A stretch of 64,000 nucleotides of DNA from Mizuhopecten yessoensis. Its lineage: Eukaryota. The translations under genes and the position numbers were made by a program. The stretch lies in contig NW_018406901.1 of NCBI RefSeq assembly GCF_002113885.1, positions 145,969 to 209,968 of the forward strand, given 5' to 3'. Below, piece by piece: positions 10,926-24,680 of the stretch. Every line of letters begins with the position of its first letter. Position 1 is the first letter of the stretch. Below the pieces are notes generated by a model that was not told where the DNA came from, did not search any database, and was given only the letters and a program-made list of their open reading frames with translations.

Positions 10926-13900
10926 CAGTCAGAAATATGCCACCATTAGCCAATCAAACAAAACTTATTCACTTTCCACCAGAGACTTAGAACTTGTATA
11001 CGTCTATGAGCAGTGTTTCAACGTGTTTTGACACAGCTGCTGTATTTCTTTCTTTTGCCCCAATATCTTAAACCGACGTTGCAGACGACTATGCTGGCTA
11101 CCACTTACCATGATACGCGAGCTTAATGGGTTGATGGGATGATTTGAGCTTTGTATATTAGACCTTAATGTGTCAATTTCCTGATAATCGCAAATGAAAC
11201 CATCGTTACATCCAGTCTTATGGGACTAGCGTGATGTCAATCAGAGCACGCGCTGAGACGTGACAGAGTCGGAGCGCGCGCTCAGCCATGACAGACTCGT
11301 CATATGTCGCTTGTTATATCACACAAAAAACTACAACAACGGTAGATATATTGATTACGTGTATATCTAAAAGAGCTACCTTAAAGCTCCTTTATGAAAC
11401 TGATAACCTTTTCTTCATGAATTGATTGGTGGATGACATTTTTGACGCATTCCTTTTCATTTTTTCCCCAATGATGTTTTGAGCATCGACCTTAACAAAA
11501 ACATTCACTTTTCAGTTTGTAAACAGTGTAAGCCGATCTGATAGAGCGCCTATGCGCTACTCCCTGGCGCTTCCGCGCCACTGATCACCCGAAGAGATTT
11601 TGCCCAGCTGCGACTCCACGACGGTAAAAGAAATTCCATCTGAATCCGACGGCTTATCGCCTGTATGCGTGATGTGAACGGGAAATGAAATACTGTAGGC
11701 CGAATGTGCTATAGTTATTGTGCTTTCTCCGGCAGCCGAAGAAATCAAATTTTAATGATTTTCTTTCATGCATTTATCGTCTCCTTTCGAACAATAATCT
11801 CGTGTTTTATCATCTCTTATCACGAATTGTGTCAATTACATTTCGTTTCGCATCCATTGACGTGTCAGAATTTCGAGCCCCAGTACTACTGCCTCTGGTA
11901 AGGTGTGTGATTAAGTATACAGGATACATTATAACACATGGAACCCAACAAGCTTCTCCAATAAGATGCATACACATGCTTACTCGATCAGCGAGCAACA
12001 ATTTCTAGGAGCTGGTATCAACGCCTGTTTGAGGATGTCAATTACTAATATATATTAAGATAATATACTCCAACTTATTTCTGGTTGGGTTGGTCGTTAG
12101 ACGAGGCGAAATTTGTGTCAAGCGCGCGTGTGTATGATATTTTCGTTTTACCGGAAGTACAGTTTCAATCAACCGTAAGTTTTCGTGATACAAGCAAAGT
12201 ATGTTGGTTAGGAACGGAGTAAAGTTTTAACGACAGTGTGCTCTTCAGTGCACCCAATAACGCCCCCGGATTCGTATAGAATTACACACACATAATTATA
12301 AATTGTATATGCAGCTCCTGATTGCGCAGCGTTAACCTTTATTTCATGTCGCAGAAATAACTCGTAGAATTTTATGTTTGTTTTTGTTGCATCGTTAAAC
12401 GTGATTGCTATTGTAAAATACGTTTTCAGACACTTATGAATTAGACAAATGTTTGATGCCGACTTCACAGTGAGCGGGAGCGTGCCGGTGAGACGTCGTG
12501 TTTCCCTTTAAACAATTGGTGCAGTGACCAGGAAAGAAGAACGAATTGTAGTTTTTCAATGTTTTCAATAATTTTACTTTAAAATAAAAAAAAAAGGGGG
12601 ATTCGTGGAAAAGACAGAATGTGACTCTCTGGTTTCATCGTGATCGTTTACATCTGAAGTAAAATCGAAATGATTGTGTATGTGTCTCAAAACAACAGGC
12701 ATGCTGCAACGCCCCCATTCTACAAAGATACACTCCATGATATCGAAAAAAATTGTGCCAGTGCAACTTACATTTTCCTCTGTACTGCACGTACAACGCA
12801 TTCCGCTGGCCAGCTGTCGGTGCAATTATAACGCGCAAACATAATATAAGCGAAATGTAGCATAAAAAGTATTGTCTTTATTTTAGATTTATTTAGTCTG
12901 TTTGATAAAGCTTCTTATTCAAAGTTTAGTCGGTACGGTTAAGCAGAAAAGATTGCAGAAAAGATTGCTTAATTTTCTTCCTAATAAAAAATAAAACCGT
13001 CAATCTTCTAGTACACGCCCTCGTTATAAAATGGACCCCTTCACCTTCAGATGTCCAATCCTCCACGTTTTAGCCCGTTCGATAAACTGAGAACTATGAT
13101 TATGATGGACAAAGGGAACCTCTTGTTGTCTGACTGGTTTTGAAGAATAATGACTCGACGAGACGCTTAAACATTTACGGGTGTTATGTCCTACATAGGG
13201 GCACATGATTCCCCTAAAAACATTCCTCGGTACTTTCCTGCTTTTCACCTGAGACAGGTAACACACAGGTACCGACAGGTATTTCTGAAGTCATCGTAAA
13301 CCACTATTTGTTCCAGACGAGTGGTTTCTATTGCCTTCGGTAATTCGACAAGCGATCTAGCTAAACCCGAGGCGTCATATTAGCCGGCGTTTCAATGCTC
13401 CATCTCAACGATCAAACACACGCGGTAATTCATTATCCACAAAAGTTGTCGACGTCATATCACAAATTATCCTCGCCTTAGGCCCGTGTGATTGGTCCCC
13501 GTGTTCGATGGTGTGGAAAGTGGGCGGGGCCAAAATTTGTCGGTTTCATGATCATAGGGAGAATTAACGTACAACCAATCAAATGTTATCATGAGTGTTC
13601 AAAAGGCTGGGGGACTCCACCGCCGCCATAAAGAAAGTCGGCGAAGTAGTGGAGAGTGAACTGAAAGCGTCAATTAATTCACAATTGGATGCTGATGGGA
13701 AGGTTTTTAAGTTGAAAGCTTTCACAGTGGTTTAAATATCCTTCTATGATATTGTAACACACGAAGGTAGTTCTGTGATCAAAGTTAGAATATTCCTTCA
13801 ATTTTTGATATCAGGTATTGATTTATTATTTTTATCGCAACATACCATTTTCCATATTTTCACACAAATTGAATTTTTGTGTGCGTTTATTTTGTAACAA

Positions 13901-14396
13901 AGGCCTTGTTTGTATTAAACGGAGAGAAAACATGTTTTTATTCGATCGTACAAAAAAAGATCGGACCTTGTATATCTATTGTTCAAACGTGACAGTGAAG
14001 ATAGAATTTTGTATATTCCATGATTGTTCAACTGTGACGGCGACAACGCCGATAAAAACTTTATACGGATGATATTATAACATAGGATAATGACCGTGAA
14101 CATCACGGAATAAGTGGAAGCTTGACGCCACAGGCGTATAAGGACATTTTCTTTCCCAATTCAAGTACAAACATTTTTCGACCATATTTCGTAATTGGTA
14201 TTTCAACTGAAAATTGAGAAGTTTATAGTTCGTTTTGTTGACTTTTAAACTTCCCCTATTTTATAACTGCTCCAGTGTACAACCCCAATCATACCGTATA
14301 CTTCTGTGCTCGTCTTCGCTTGAGAGGATATGATGAAATCACATTTGTGGAGCCCTTTTTTAAATAAATCAAATTTGTAAACGTTATAGCTATATC

Positions 14397-14562
14397 TACG
14401 GTGGTACATTTAGGGCATGCACCATATTATTTTCTACATTAATTATGTCGAGCGCTCGACTTATTATGTCGAGCACTCCGGAGCGCTTGAGTTATTATTT
14501 CGAGTGATCGAGATAATTAATGTAGAAAATAACATTTTGCATGTCCTTACTGTACCACCTTA
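14397..14562. mobile_element. MITE-like element
   Basis: Inverted ends tacggtggtaca..agggcatgca / tgcatgtcct..tgtaccacctta, with internal ttatgtcgagc repeats. Confidence 0.5.
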
Positions 14563-15217
14563 TATACCAAAAGTACACAAAGTTCATACTGACGGTGTCA
14601 AATTAAATATGTCCTGTTCACGTTTAGTTCATTTTGTAATCAGATCGGCAGGGACATTCAGAGACATTTGTAGACGGAAATGAAACCTAGTCATCTAATG
14701 CCTGGCTTTCCCATTCTATCGTTTCCGCGTCCGAAGGATCGTCAACGCACGTGTAGCTTCGTTAGTGTCAACTTACCACAAGTAAACACAAATTCATCTG
14801 ACCCCAGCTTTGACCTTTCGTTAAACAATCCATGTTCTGTGTATTTTTACACCCTGGAACGCCTGTCCGTCACCTCGGGGGTTCCGAATGGCGCTCAGAG
14901 ACGAAGCGATGAACTATCTGGTCATCTGTAAACCCCAGGTGTGCTCCTAGTGTCATTTCTCCGAACAACATCATCATGTTTCACCCTCTGTCATTCGACA
15001 TAATTCCACGCTTGTGAGGGAGATGTGTTTGGTTGACATGGCGGCGAACTGTCGTATCAGCCATGTAATAGACACAGCTTGTCGAGCGAGAGGTGTCGGT
15101 AAGCTGCATGGGTGTCCTGTCGCCTCTTTTATATACAGACTTGTTTTAGTCCCCTCAGCATTTTTTTCCGATTTTCAGGTAGACGGACTGTGTAGACGGA
15201 CTCGGACGCAGACTGGC

Positions 15218-15403
15218 GATAAATTGGGGGTCGTCTCAAAATTGATCCTTTTTCACAAGTATCCGACATAATAATTTACAACAGTGTAAATGTTTATTAC
15301 GTTAAAAGGTCACATGTTTATAAAACAACATGGTTGATTTGAAGAATAATCATCTCCAATACACATATTGCATAAAGTTGTTTGAGATGACCCCCAATTT
15401 ATC
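15218..15403. mobile_element. MITE-like element
   Basis: 23-bp inverted ends gataaattgggggtcgtctcaaa / tttgagatgacccccaatttatc with 1 mismatch. Confidence 0.65.
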
Positions 15404-18099
15404 TGTGTTTACGATTATACTGACACACAATCACAAACAGTGCAAAGGAAAACAATAATATACCACTCTTATCATAAATTGTAATAAAAAAACGGTTGCT
15501 GTCATACTTTTATTCTTTTGGTGACATGAGCAAGACTTTGCTTAGACTTGTTCCTTATTTAGTAGACTTCGAAATAAATTAACATATAAAATAAGTTAGA
15601 TGTAGGCGGTGAAAATCTCTCAACGCTAACAATTTTGATTTCCCTGCGGGGTAGGTTTGTTTTGATAGGAGTCTTATCTCTCACTACTGTTCAATCCGGT
15701 ATGTATATATTACGAGCGAACCCTCTTCAGTAGGTTTGTCAAAAGTGCCCTTGCTTCCCAGGTAGGCCATGACTACGAGGTGTGGACACTCAAATATGCC
15801 GTGGGACCACTTCTTTCCGAGCTTCGTGTCCTCTTTGGGACACAAAACCACCCACAATTTGTCCTTTTGCCGCGCTGAAGATTAACACAGTCATTCTGTG
15901 TATTAGCTCCGTGCACTTCAGCTCTAACGTAAGTGTGAAAATAAAAACTACTAACACCGGGAGCTTTAATGAAAAAAGGTAGAAATCCTTCCAAGTCTTA
16001 TATATAAAATAGTTATTTGTTCCGCTTGACATACGATAGGTGTACCAAGTAATTTGACAACACTGAGCTTAATACCTGAGGCGATATACTATCAGTTCCG
16101 CCTGACTGCTTCCGTACCCTTGGTTAAGCAGATTGAAACGTATAAGCGATTCTTATTTCCCCTCATGTCATTGTAAACACGTTATAAATTATAACACAGA
16201 ATGGAAAAAAAGACTCATCTGTCAATCAACCCGCCCGGCCATTAGTAGCCCAGCCCCTGTCTGTGTAAGACATCTTACATCGATTCTGATTGGCTGAATG
16301 GAAACAGCTAATCAGAACAGTCGATAGTTTTTAACTTCGGGCATGTTAAACGCTTTAACATGAAATGTACATATAGTGTATATATATACTACCACAGACG
16401 GAAATACCACGTGACATTCCCACCACAGCACCGAGAGCGCTTATAACTATTTATACAGACAACCAGGTTTTGTACGATCCTGCATGATCACGAAATCAAG
16501 TATCAATAATTTTCATTATTATCTTTCTCTGTGTGGACCGGAAACGATAAGGCTGTCCCTATAAATGTCGATGGTTGAGTTATCGTTGAGCGACCTGGGG
16601 ATCGATGTTTAGTAAACAGGAACTACAGATGAAACGACGATGTCACTGAAAATTTGAGTCATTCATTCTATGTTATCTGCCGGTGCCAGATCAAATAGCA
16701 TTATCTTTACGTAACAGTCGAGCAGTTTTTAGGTGACAGACAATGCTTGGGACTTGCTTTTACCGCTTAGCAAATTACTCGAGGTTATCGGTACGAAAAC
16801 CGATTGGAAATTCGATAAAGTCCCTAGCCCAAGGTTATTACGATATCGAACCTGTCCGACTGCGATGACCCAAGGACTCCAAAGCGACTAGTGTGAGCAA
16901 GTCATATAATCAAATATGGAAACTGCCAAAATGGCCGCAGGCCTTGCTTTGTAAGGCCACATGATCTGTTTGTGGTGGCGACGTAATTCGACAAAATGTG
17001 TGAGAATATGTAAATCCGGTTGATGACGCGTATACGATGACGTCATCGCGGGTAATGGTTTCGCGGTAAGCCACTGGAATGAAGGCTCACCACAGTCGGG
17101 GGATCATCGGGTTTATATAAACTACTGGCTGTCTATATAAAGTGTTGCAAAGGAGAATGAAATATTTATCGTCAGATATCGACATTATGCATAAAAGTCA
17201 AGCACCTGCGGGCGAACGAATCATATGGGACCCCAACACAAATTAGTCTACACCCCTGATACGTATAGATATTAATCTTTTGTGATTTCATTTCAAATAA
17301 ATTAGCTTCGTCAAATGTATGTCATTATACAACTTCAGCAGACATCTGTTGTACAATACAAGTACGTACCAAGCATAAAGCGACATAATGCGATCATTTT
17401 AATATGGTTATATTAATGTGAAAAATATATTTCCTGGAAATTTTATATAGAAGACATTGGGTTATATTCTTCCTTTGTCAGTCACCAGTCCTCATTAGCT
17501 ATTTCATGCAACAATATTCTAACACACTGTCCCCCAAAATCTTAACAATAAGGAACACTCCATTTCTTCAAAATTTGTAAAACTTTGAACCAATCTTCGC
17601 AATATTCTAATTTTTCTCCAAGACAAAAATCATAAAAAAGCAGTTACAATACAACTCTAGATTATATATAAAAATGAACAAAAATGTCATCCTTCTATTT
17701 TGAAATTACATGTATCTCCAAGGGAAAACCCAACAACAATTAATTAAGATACAATTCTCAATAATATGATTTTAAAACTATGAACCAATTTTGCTTCCAA
17801 GCTAGAGCGACCCAATTCGCCATATATATCTTATAATATCGTTAAATGACCTTTCCGCTTTTAATAATATCTTGCTAAGAGTTCCGATGTACCTTTTATT
17901 GTGTTGGGGAGACGTGATGAAAAGGATGTCAATGGGGCTAATGACGGCGAATAATTGTTTCTATTTATTCTGTATCGACCGAAAATTTGACAGATGGCGA
18001 CATTAGGTAATTATCAGTTTCTGTCCAACACAAGGTGTGCAAAACTGTTCACAGTTATAGAACAAACAAACTCTATATTGGTCGGTGTTCATAGCTCTA

Positions 18100-18295
18100 C
18101 ATTTGGACCTAAACTGATACGTTTAGGGTAGTTTTAGTGGCTTTAGGGGTTTAGATCAACTTCCGGTAAAAAGTAGAATTAGGTCGGCAAAAAAGGCCAC
18201 AAATAATTGTGTAAACGAGGTTGTATTTTTACGGAGAGTTTAAACCCCTAAAACGTCTTACATTACCCTAGAAACATCAGTTTAGGTCGAAAGAT
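18100..18295. mobile_element. Decayed foldback element
   Basis: Nested inverted pairs gacctaaactgat/atcagtttaggtc, tagggta/tacccta and ttaggggttta/taaacccctaa. Confidence 0.55.
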
Positions 18296-18726
18296 AGTAA
18301 TATACAACATTTGATATAGCGCCCTATCTAGATAACATAAGCCATTCTAAAGTGCTTTACAGTAAATAGATATACAATGAATACAATTATCATATACAAT
18401 AATCAATACAATTTTGAGGAATTTGCAGGAGCTGCCTTATTAGGCGCTAACTACTAGTCCTATGCCACCTCGCTAATATCTCCCTATGTGTGTATGCCTG
18501 CATGTGTGCTAGAGATGTAATTTTTTCTGTTTGTAGTGGGACCGTGTTTCCAACGGTATCATTTATAGTGCCACCTCACTTAAATGCTTCAGCACAGATA
18601 CCGCAACAACCACCCCAGACCATTTTATACTCTACCATATTAAAATTTAAACTCAATATTTTATATCATGTCACACCCAGATGCTTCACAAGAAGTGAAT
18701 ATTCTGAGGTGTGTGTTAAAAATCAC

Positions 18727-18802
18727 AGGGACCTGAGAATTGGTCGAGTGGTTAACACTCCGGCCTTCCATGCAGGGGTTCGATCCTCTAAGCGATACCC
18801 TT
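18727..18802 (+). mobile_element. tRNA-derived SINE head / tRNA pseudogene
   Basis: A box TGGTCGAGTGG and B box GGTTCGATCC, but no intact cloverleaf. Confidence 0.5.
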
Positions 18803-18959
18803 CCAATACCACTCAAGAACCTACTAATTTTCAAGAATCTAAAGTATAACTGAGTAATCGGACCCTAAAGTATGAGAACTCAGTTATCAACTTCTAGATA
18901 TAAAACTCAGAGGCCAAGAGTCAATTTAACATCATCATAACTGCATAGCTCATAGGTAA

Positions 18960-19630
18960 CTCAGGAGTCAAGAATAGCGTCATAACTAATTATTCAAGAG
19001 TTAACATAAAACCGCCATTTCTCAGGAGTCAATAGTCAATATAACACCGCCATTTCTCAGGAGTCAAGAGTCAAGATAACACCGTCATTTCTCAGTAGTC
19101 AAGAGTCAATATAACACCGCCATTTCTCAGTAGTCAAGAGTCAATATAACACCGTCATTTCACAGTAGTCAAGAGTCAAGATAACACCATAATTTCTCAG
19201 TAGTCAAGAGTCAAGATAACACCGTCAGTTTTCAGAAGTCAAGCGTCAATATAACACCGCCATTTCTCATGAGTCAAGAGACAATATAACACCGCCAATT
19301 CTCAGGAGTCGTGAACAATATAACAACGCCATTTCTCAGGAGTCAAGGGTCAATATAACACCGCCATTTCTCAAGAGTCAAGAGACAATATAACACCGCC
19401 ATTTCTCAGGAGTCAAGAGTCAATATAACACCGCCATTTCTCAGGAGTCAAAGTCAATATAACACCGCCATTTTTCAGGAGTCAAGAGTCAAGATAACAT
19501 CGCCATTTCTCAGAAGTCAAGACTCAATATAACACCGCCATTTTTCAGGAGTCAAGAGTCAAGATAACACCGTCTTTACTCAGTAGTCAAGTGTCAATAT
19601 AACATCATAGAAACTCAGCCCAGAGTCAAT
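18960..19630. repeat. 35-bp minisatellite (caatataacaccgccatttctcaggagtcaagagt), about 19 copies
   Basis: Periodicity 35 (19037, 19072, 19107, 19142). Confidence 0.95.
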
Positions 19631-21375
19631 ATTATACAATTATTGATTTTTTACTTGGTGAATATGATGTGAAATTAACAAAAAGAAAATAGAATTGATC
19701 GAGGTGATAGCAATATATAAATCTTAACAAAAACATATGGTATTATTAGTATAGCTTATATTATTTATGTAGAGTTTTGTATTCAAATATTAATGTTACC
19801 ATCTTAAAAGCTAAATTTTCTCATGGACATACATGTATTCACATATTATATGTTTCTGTCTGTCAATAGTTAATTCAGGCTCTGTTCCTCTGAGTCAATA
19901 ACGTCATAACTATTTAAATTGTATCAATATGATCTGCACACCATTGTTAAGAGTCGTTTGATGTTGTACTTGTTTACAAGGAATGATAAATGTCGCCGAC
20001 GGTATAACACCTAGAACAGTCTTGCAAACAAAGCATGTTGCAATGAGCAGTTTTGTTTACTCTTTAATGTCACGTGACGTTTGTATTGTTACGCTCGCTA
20101 CCTCGGTCGCGTGTTCACGACGGTTTTGTTAAAACATAATATTGCGAGATGTAAAAGTTGTATAATAACTTAGTTAATAATATATAAATATATGTGAAAC
20201 ATTCTCTTTGAGATAAATTTCCGTCAATTCAAACCAGTTTTCTTTTACTTCTTCTTGTGTTGTATTTTGCTAAAAGGTACATTTTTGTTTGCGTACTAAA
20301 ATACATCAACGTGCTGTTACAATAATATACTTGGTTAGTCATTCAGAAAATCGACTCACCGAGACACATTAGTCATAGCTCAGCGAGTCGTTCTTTATAA
20401 GTATGACTTTACATGTGAATAATTTCAATTAGAATCAGCGGTTAAGTCGACCGATACCCCTCTTGGTTACAAGTGTACGTACAATATTTATGGTCATGCT
20501 TGATCGCTTCATATCCGTTTTACTATTTGACGCGGGTTCTCAAAGCAATTTAACCTTCTTTAATTCCTCCTTAAAATGAATTTATTTTTCTCACACATAT
20601 ATATAAAAAAAAATAAGTCAATATATGTCGAGTCTTGAATATTGCTACGGTACTGTTACACGGATTCATGTTTAGAATAGCATTTCCGCTTCCTTTGATC
20701 GCTGTAGCAGAGCAATCCGGAGTCGGATTGTCATTATCCGGCTCGATGCCTCCTGATACGCGATTTAACTCGTGCCCACTGAACCGTGTTGGAGACATAC
20801 CCTGTAAACACGTAAGATTATCAAGTGCGAACGAAATCGAACTCTGTTGCTAATTAGCCGATCAATCAACAGTAGGACGAATTCTCCTGAGAGAATAGCT
20901 TGGGAGGGCTGACGTTCTCTGTTGATATGGATCGTAGTGCTATCCCATTAATAGCAGTCTTTTAGAAAGCTCGTTTGCTATTCAATCCGAGTTGCTGGCT
21001 GAATACACTAGAAGCCGTTGTAATATCGTGGAACAGTATGTCCTTGTAAGTTCAGTTTCAAAATTAACTTCATTCAACATTTTATGAGTGTCCTTGATTG
21101 TATCTTGCATTCGAGAACTTCGGCTAGGTTGGGTCATATTTTATTTATATACGGGGGATAGGCATTTCAACACATATTTTACTTAAATATCGCCCATAAA
21201 TATTAAACACAAAGATGTACTGAATTTAAATACAACCGGGAATGTTGAAATATCTCTTCTTCATACTGTAGGAAGCATTTGGTGTAGGTTGAATAAAATC
21301 AATGCGTCCGTTCATATATTCTGGTTCAATGCAGTTTTGTATTGTTAACAATTTTCTGAGTAATCTCGATGCATA

Positions 21376-21533
21376 TGTTACAGGGGGTGAGAGGTGTGCT
21401 TCCGCTAGGGATCGAACCAGTGAGCCCCAGCTTCCCAGTACGCCGCTCTACCGATTGAGCTAACGGGACATTCACTCTAGTGCGAAGCTAAAAGGCGACC
21501 GTAATCCTATATTTACAATTAAAATCTGTTACA
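21376..21533 (-). mobile_element. Solo LTR with internal tRNA-like sequence (second TRIM family)
   Basis: On the - strand it starts TGTAAC and ends TGTAACA, flanked by the 4-bp direct repeat CATA (21372-75, 21534-37). Contains A box TAGCTCAATCGG and B box GGTTCGATCC. Confidence 0.8.
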
Positions 21534-21822
21534 CATATATGCTTTTACATTGTGGACCGGATGGGGACGTTACAAATGTCGGTCTTGGGTTCAGAACTTC
21601 CTTTAGCCACCGTTACGAGTACCAGTACACCATGCACAGACTAAAACACACGACAACCGACACGGGAATAAAAATGAATAATCCGTGTCTCAATATTCTG
21701 TTTAAAACTTCAACAATATATTTGTGAGATAAACAAACTGAGAAATAAAAGACAATTGACTTTAAGGACCGTAAACAAGAATGAGATTTGAGTTGAAAAA
21801 AGAGTTACTTTGTTTCTTTGTT

Positions 21823-21920
21823 AGGGTGGTCTGGTGGCGCAGTGGATAACGCACCTGTCTTTCACCAAGGCGGCCGGGGTTAGATTCCCCGATCGGACGT
21901 GAAAAGGTATGGGGTCACTG
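21823..21920 (+). mobile_element. 3'-truncated copy of the same V-type SINE (tRNA head)
   Basis: A box TGGCGCAGTGG, B-box-like GGTTAGATTCC, then gatcggacgtgaaaaggtatggggtcac. Confidence 0.7.
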
Positions 21921-22174
21921 CATCTGAGTAAAGAAGGAGTTGGTGGTTGGAGGTAGGAGCCGGCGGCAAGCCTGAACGTGATTAAGCTGGGGTGGAGATG
22001 GGAGAGCGATTCCTTTGCTGTCCCATGTGATTTCGCAGGTATGTACATACTATATTTCTGATGAGTAAATACAGCCATTTCAAACCTTATTGAATCTCCT
22101 GTGCAAAAGAGTTCCACCCTAAAACACGCGTTAGACAATACTTGACAATGGATAACATAGCTATATATGAACGA

Positions 22175-22437
22175 TACACAAATGACACATTTGAAAGCTA
22201 CACAAGGTGTGATGACACATTTGAAAGGTACACAAGGTGTGATGACACATTTTAAAGGTACACAAGGTGTGATGACACATTTGAAAGGTACACAAGGTCT
22301 GATGACACATTTGAAAGGTACACAAGGTCTGATGATACATTTTAAAGGTACACAAGGATTGATGACATTTTTGAAAGGTACACAAGGACTGGTGACACAT
22401 TTAAAAGGTAAACAATGATTGCCAACACATTTGAAAG
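22175..22437. repeat. 30-bp minisatellite (atgacacatttgaaaggtacacaaggtgtg), about 8-9 copies
   Basis: Direct reading. Confidence 0.95.
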
Positions 22438-23542
22438 CATAACGATATTTAGAAATGATAAAAATGCGAAACGGGAAACAACTCTAACACAAATTACAGG
22501 TATAACGTAGCTGAGCATATGACCTTAAGTCGATTTGCGAGACCTTCCTCTGGAAATGTAGGATTAAAAAATAGCTTTAAATGATTACTCATCTCCTATG
22601 ATCTAAAGTAAGACTTTTTACAATACACCACAGAAGCCACAACTATTTACATTATAATTCAGAAATGTGTGTGACCCCGCCCACTTGTCCCTATATAACA
22701 CGAGACACCAACGCCTTGTATAGGTAACACGAAAATGTATTTATCATTGAATGTCTTCACTCATCCGTGAATTGTCTCCGTTAGAAGGACGATGTGTGGT
22801 CACGGTTGAGTGTTCTTCTGTGTATTATCTGTTATCTTGTTTGGTGGCAAAATATAACCAAACAGCTATCGCGTTTCCTAGCTGGGCGAGTGTCAGATAG
22901 CTGGAGTCCCTAATGATCTCTGTTTTAGACCTATTTCCATGGTTCCGCTTGGCTGCGCGCACAGTCATTTGAGAAAACATGGCGGGCACTTGCCATCCTT
23001 CTCTCATAACACATGTACCTGTGGTTGGAATCTCGCCGACAAGACCTCTGATTATCCGATTTGTCGATGTTGATATGAGAAAAGATTGCGTGAGGCTTAC
23101 AGACAGGTATATTGATATATTAACATGTTGAATTATGCATAAGTATAAACTATACTCACATGGGTCAAAGAAGTAATATAGACGGTAAAATCACATATAA
23201 TATATATAGGTACAATATTCCAAATTTTACACTCGGGACTAAAGCTATTTCGCATTCAAATTTCGTGTTTGTGTAAGCTCAAAGTTAATTTCAGTAGTTA
23301 ATTGTCTGACATGACATGCGTTACATGATCACATGTAGAATGGAAGGAATAAAACAAAGAATTGTGTTAATTAATGAGAACATTTGCTGAATTTAAAAGT
23401 CTGTAAATAGATAATAACAAATCGATATAAGTTTACTGGAAAGTGAAAAAGTAAAATTTATAACGTTTGCCTATATTTTTTACCATACTTACGATGTTTA
23501 TCTCCAAAAACTCCGGCTTTCCTGCACCATCAAACCCTGACA

Positions 23543-23612
23543 CGTCCTTAAATGACGATAGCTGTTAATAGGACGTAAAACACAGCCAAACCAAACCAAA
23601 CCAAACCAAACC
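23543..23612 (+). mobile_element. 5'-truncated SINE 3' tail with (AAACC)n
   Basis: cgtccttaaatgacgatagctgttaataggacgtaaaac followed by repeated AAACC. Confidence 0.75.
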
Positions 23613-24529
23613 ATCTTGGTTCTGTATAAATTGTCTCCATTGTGACGTCATAATACAATATGGTAGTCTGTGACGTCATTTTATTATCATTATGATGATG
23701 TCTCAATGAGTCATATGAATGTCACGAATGTGTTTGCTTTAAAATATGAATGGAATACCACATGTATTAATGTCATTTTTTTGAGGATGCAAATAACAGG
23801 CGTTTTTAAGGTATTAAATCGTAAGTGGGACATCTAATTATTTGCTCCGTACAGAAGGAAAGCAGAGACAACGTCAATTCTGCCGCCAAAGATGAAATAT
23901 TTGGGTATTTTCACATCTTGTCTTTCTTTTCCACGAGCTATCGTGAAACCAATGTCTGTTTCAGCGTCCAGATATTTCCTCATCTAGATAAGCTTATCCA
24001 TGATTTTTTGGGTGTGAATTTTTGGTCCGAATGAGACGCCAAACGCATTTCCCATGATGTCACTTAGAATTAATTCAATAACGTTACTTTGTATAATCAC
24101 ATGGCGTTATATAACAGTTCAGTTCTTGGCATACAAAGCTTTTCTACGGATGAAAGAACCATTCAACTCTACGGACCAAGTCAGAGAAATGGGAAATCTC
24201 GAGATAAATTTTGTGAACGATGAAACCATTTTGTGACGATTCAGTAAGGCGCTACTATGAAACGGAACCGACTTATAATACCAATCAAGTATATATCATT
24301 TTCATTGTTTAGTCCTAAAGGAAATGACTCTTAATGCGCTTAACGCTCAAGTGGTACAGCCTAGAGAGTTTGAGAGCACCACGCTTACCATGTGTTTTTT
24401 TTTTTCATCTTGAGGTGTTTGCGTGCAATCGCTGGGAGTTTGTATAGGTGTTTTGCTCGTAATGGCTCCGTATTTCTAACCGCTCTTTTTAATTGTAATA
24501 CCTCTTGACTTCAACAGCATGGACATAGT

Positions 24530-24680
24530 AATATCCCCAGCACAGACCATAATAGCATGCTCAACTCTAGACAGGTGGAGAGAGTAACAGGGTTAAGTGT
24601 CTTGCTCAGGACACAACCACATCCGTCTATGTGCGGGATATAATAGACAAGCACACTAACGACTGTGTCATAAGGCTCCC
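24530..24680 (-). mobile_element. CORE-SINE remnant
   Basis: Reverse complement of 24590-24617 is gttgtgtcctgagcaagacacttaaccc, resembling the CORE domain (gtgaccttgggcaagtcacttaacc). Confidence 0.55.

Noticed and set aside
13490-13735. Partial matches to miR-133 (ttggtcccc) and miR-27 (ttcacagtgg) 5' ends
   Set aside because: The matches stop after 9-10 nt and there is no hairpin partner.
20571-20853. Overlapping 72-75-aa ORFs in a GC-richer patch
   Set aside because: No recognisable domain and no convincing pair of splice sites.
21400-21470. tRNA-like sequences here and at 18727, 21823, 27858 and 29688 as real tRNA genes
   Set aside because: The stems are broken, and most are embedded in TSD-flanked or multi-copy mobile elements.
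22161-22418. MTHLKGTQG / MCHQTLCTF repeat ORFs
   Set aside because: They come from a 30-bp minisatellite.
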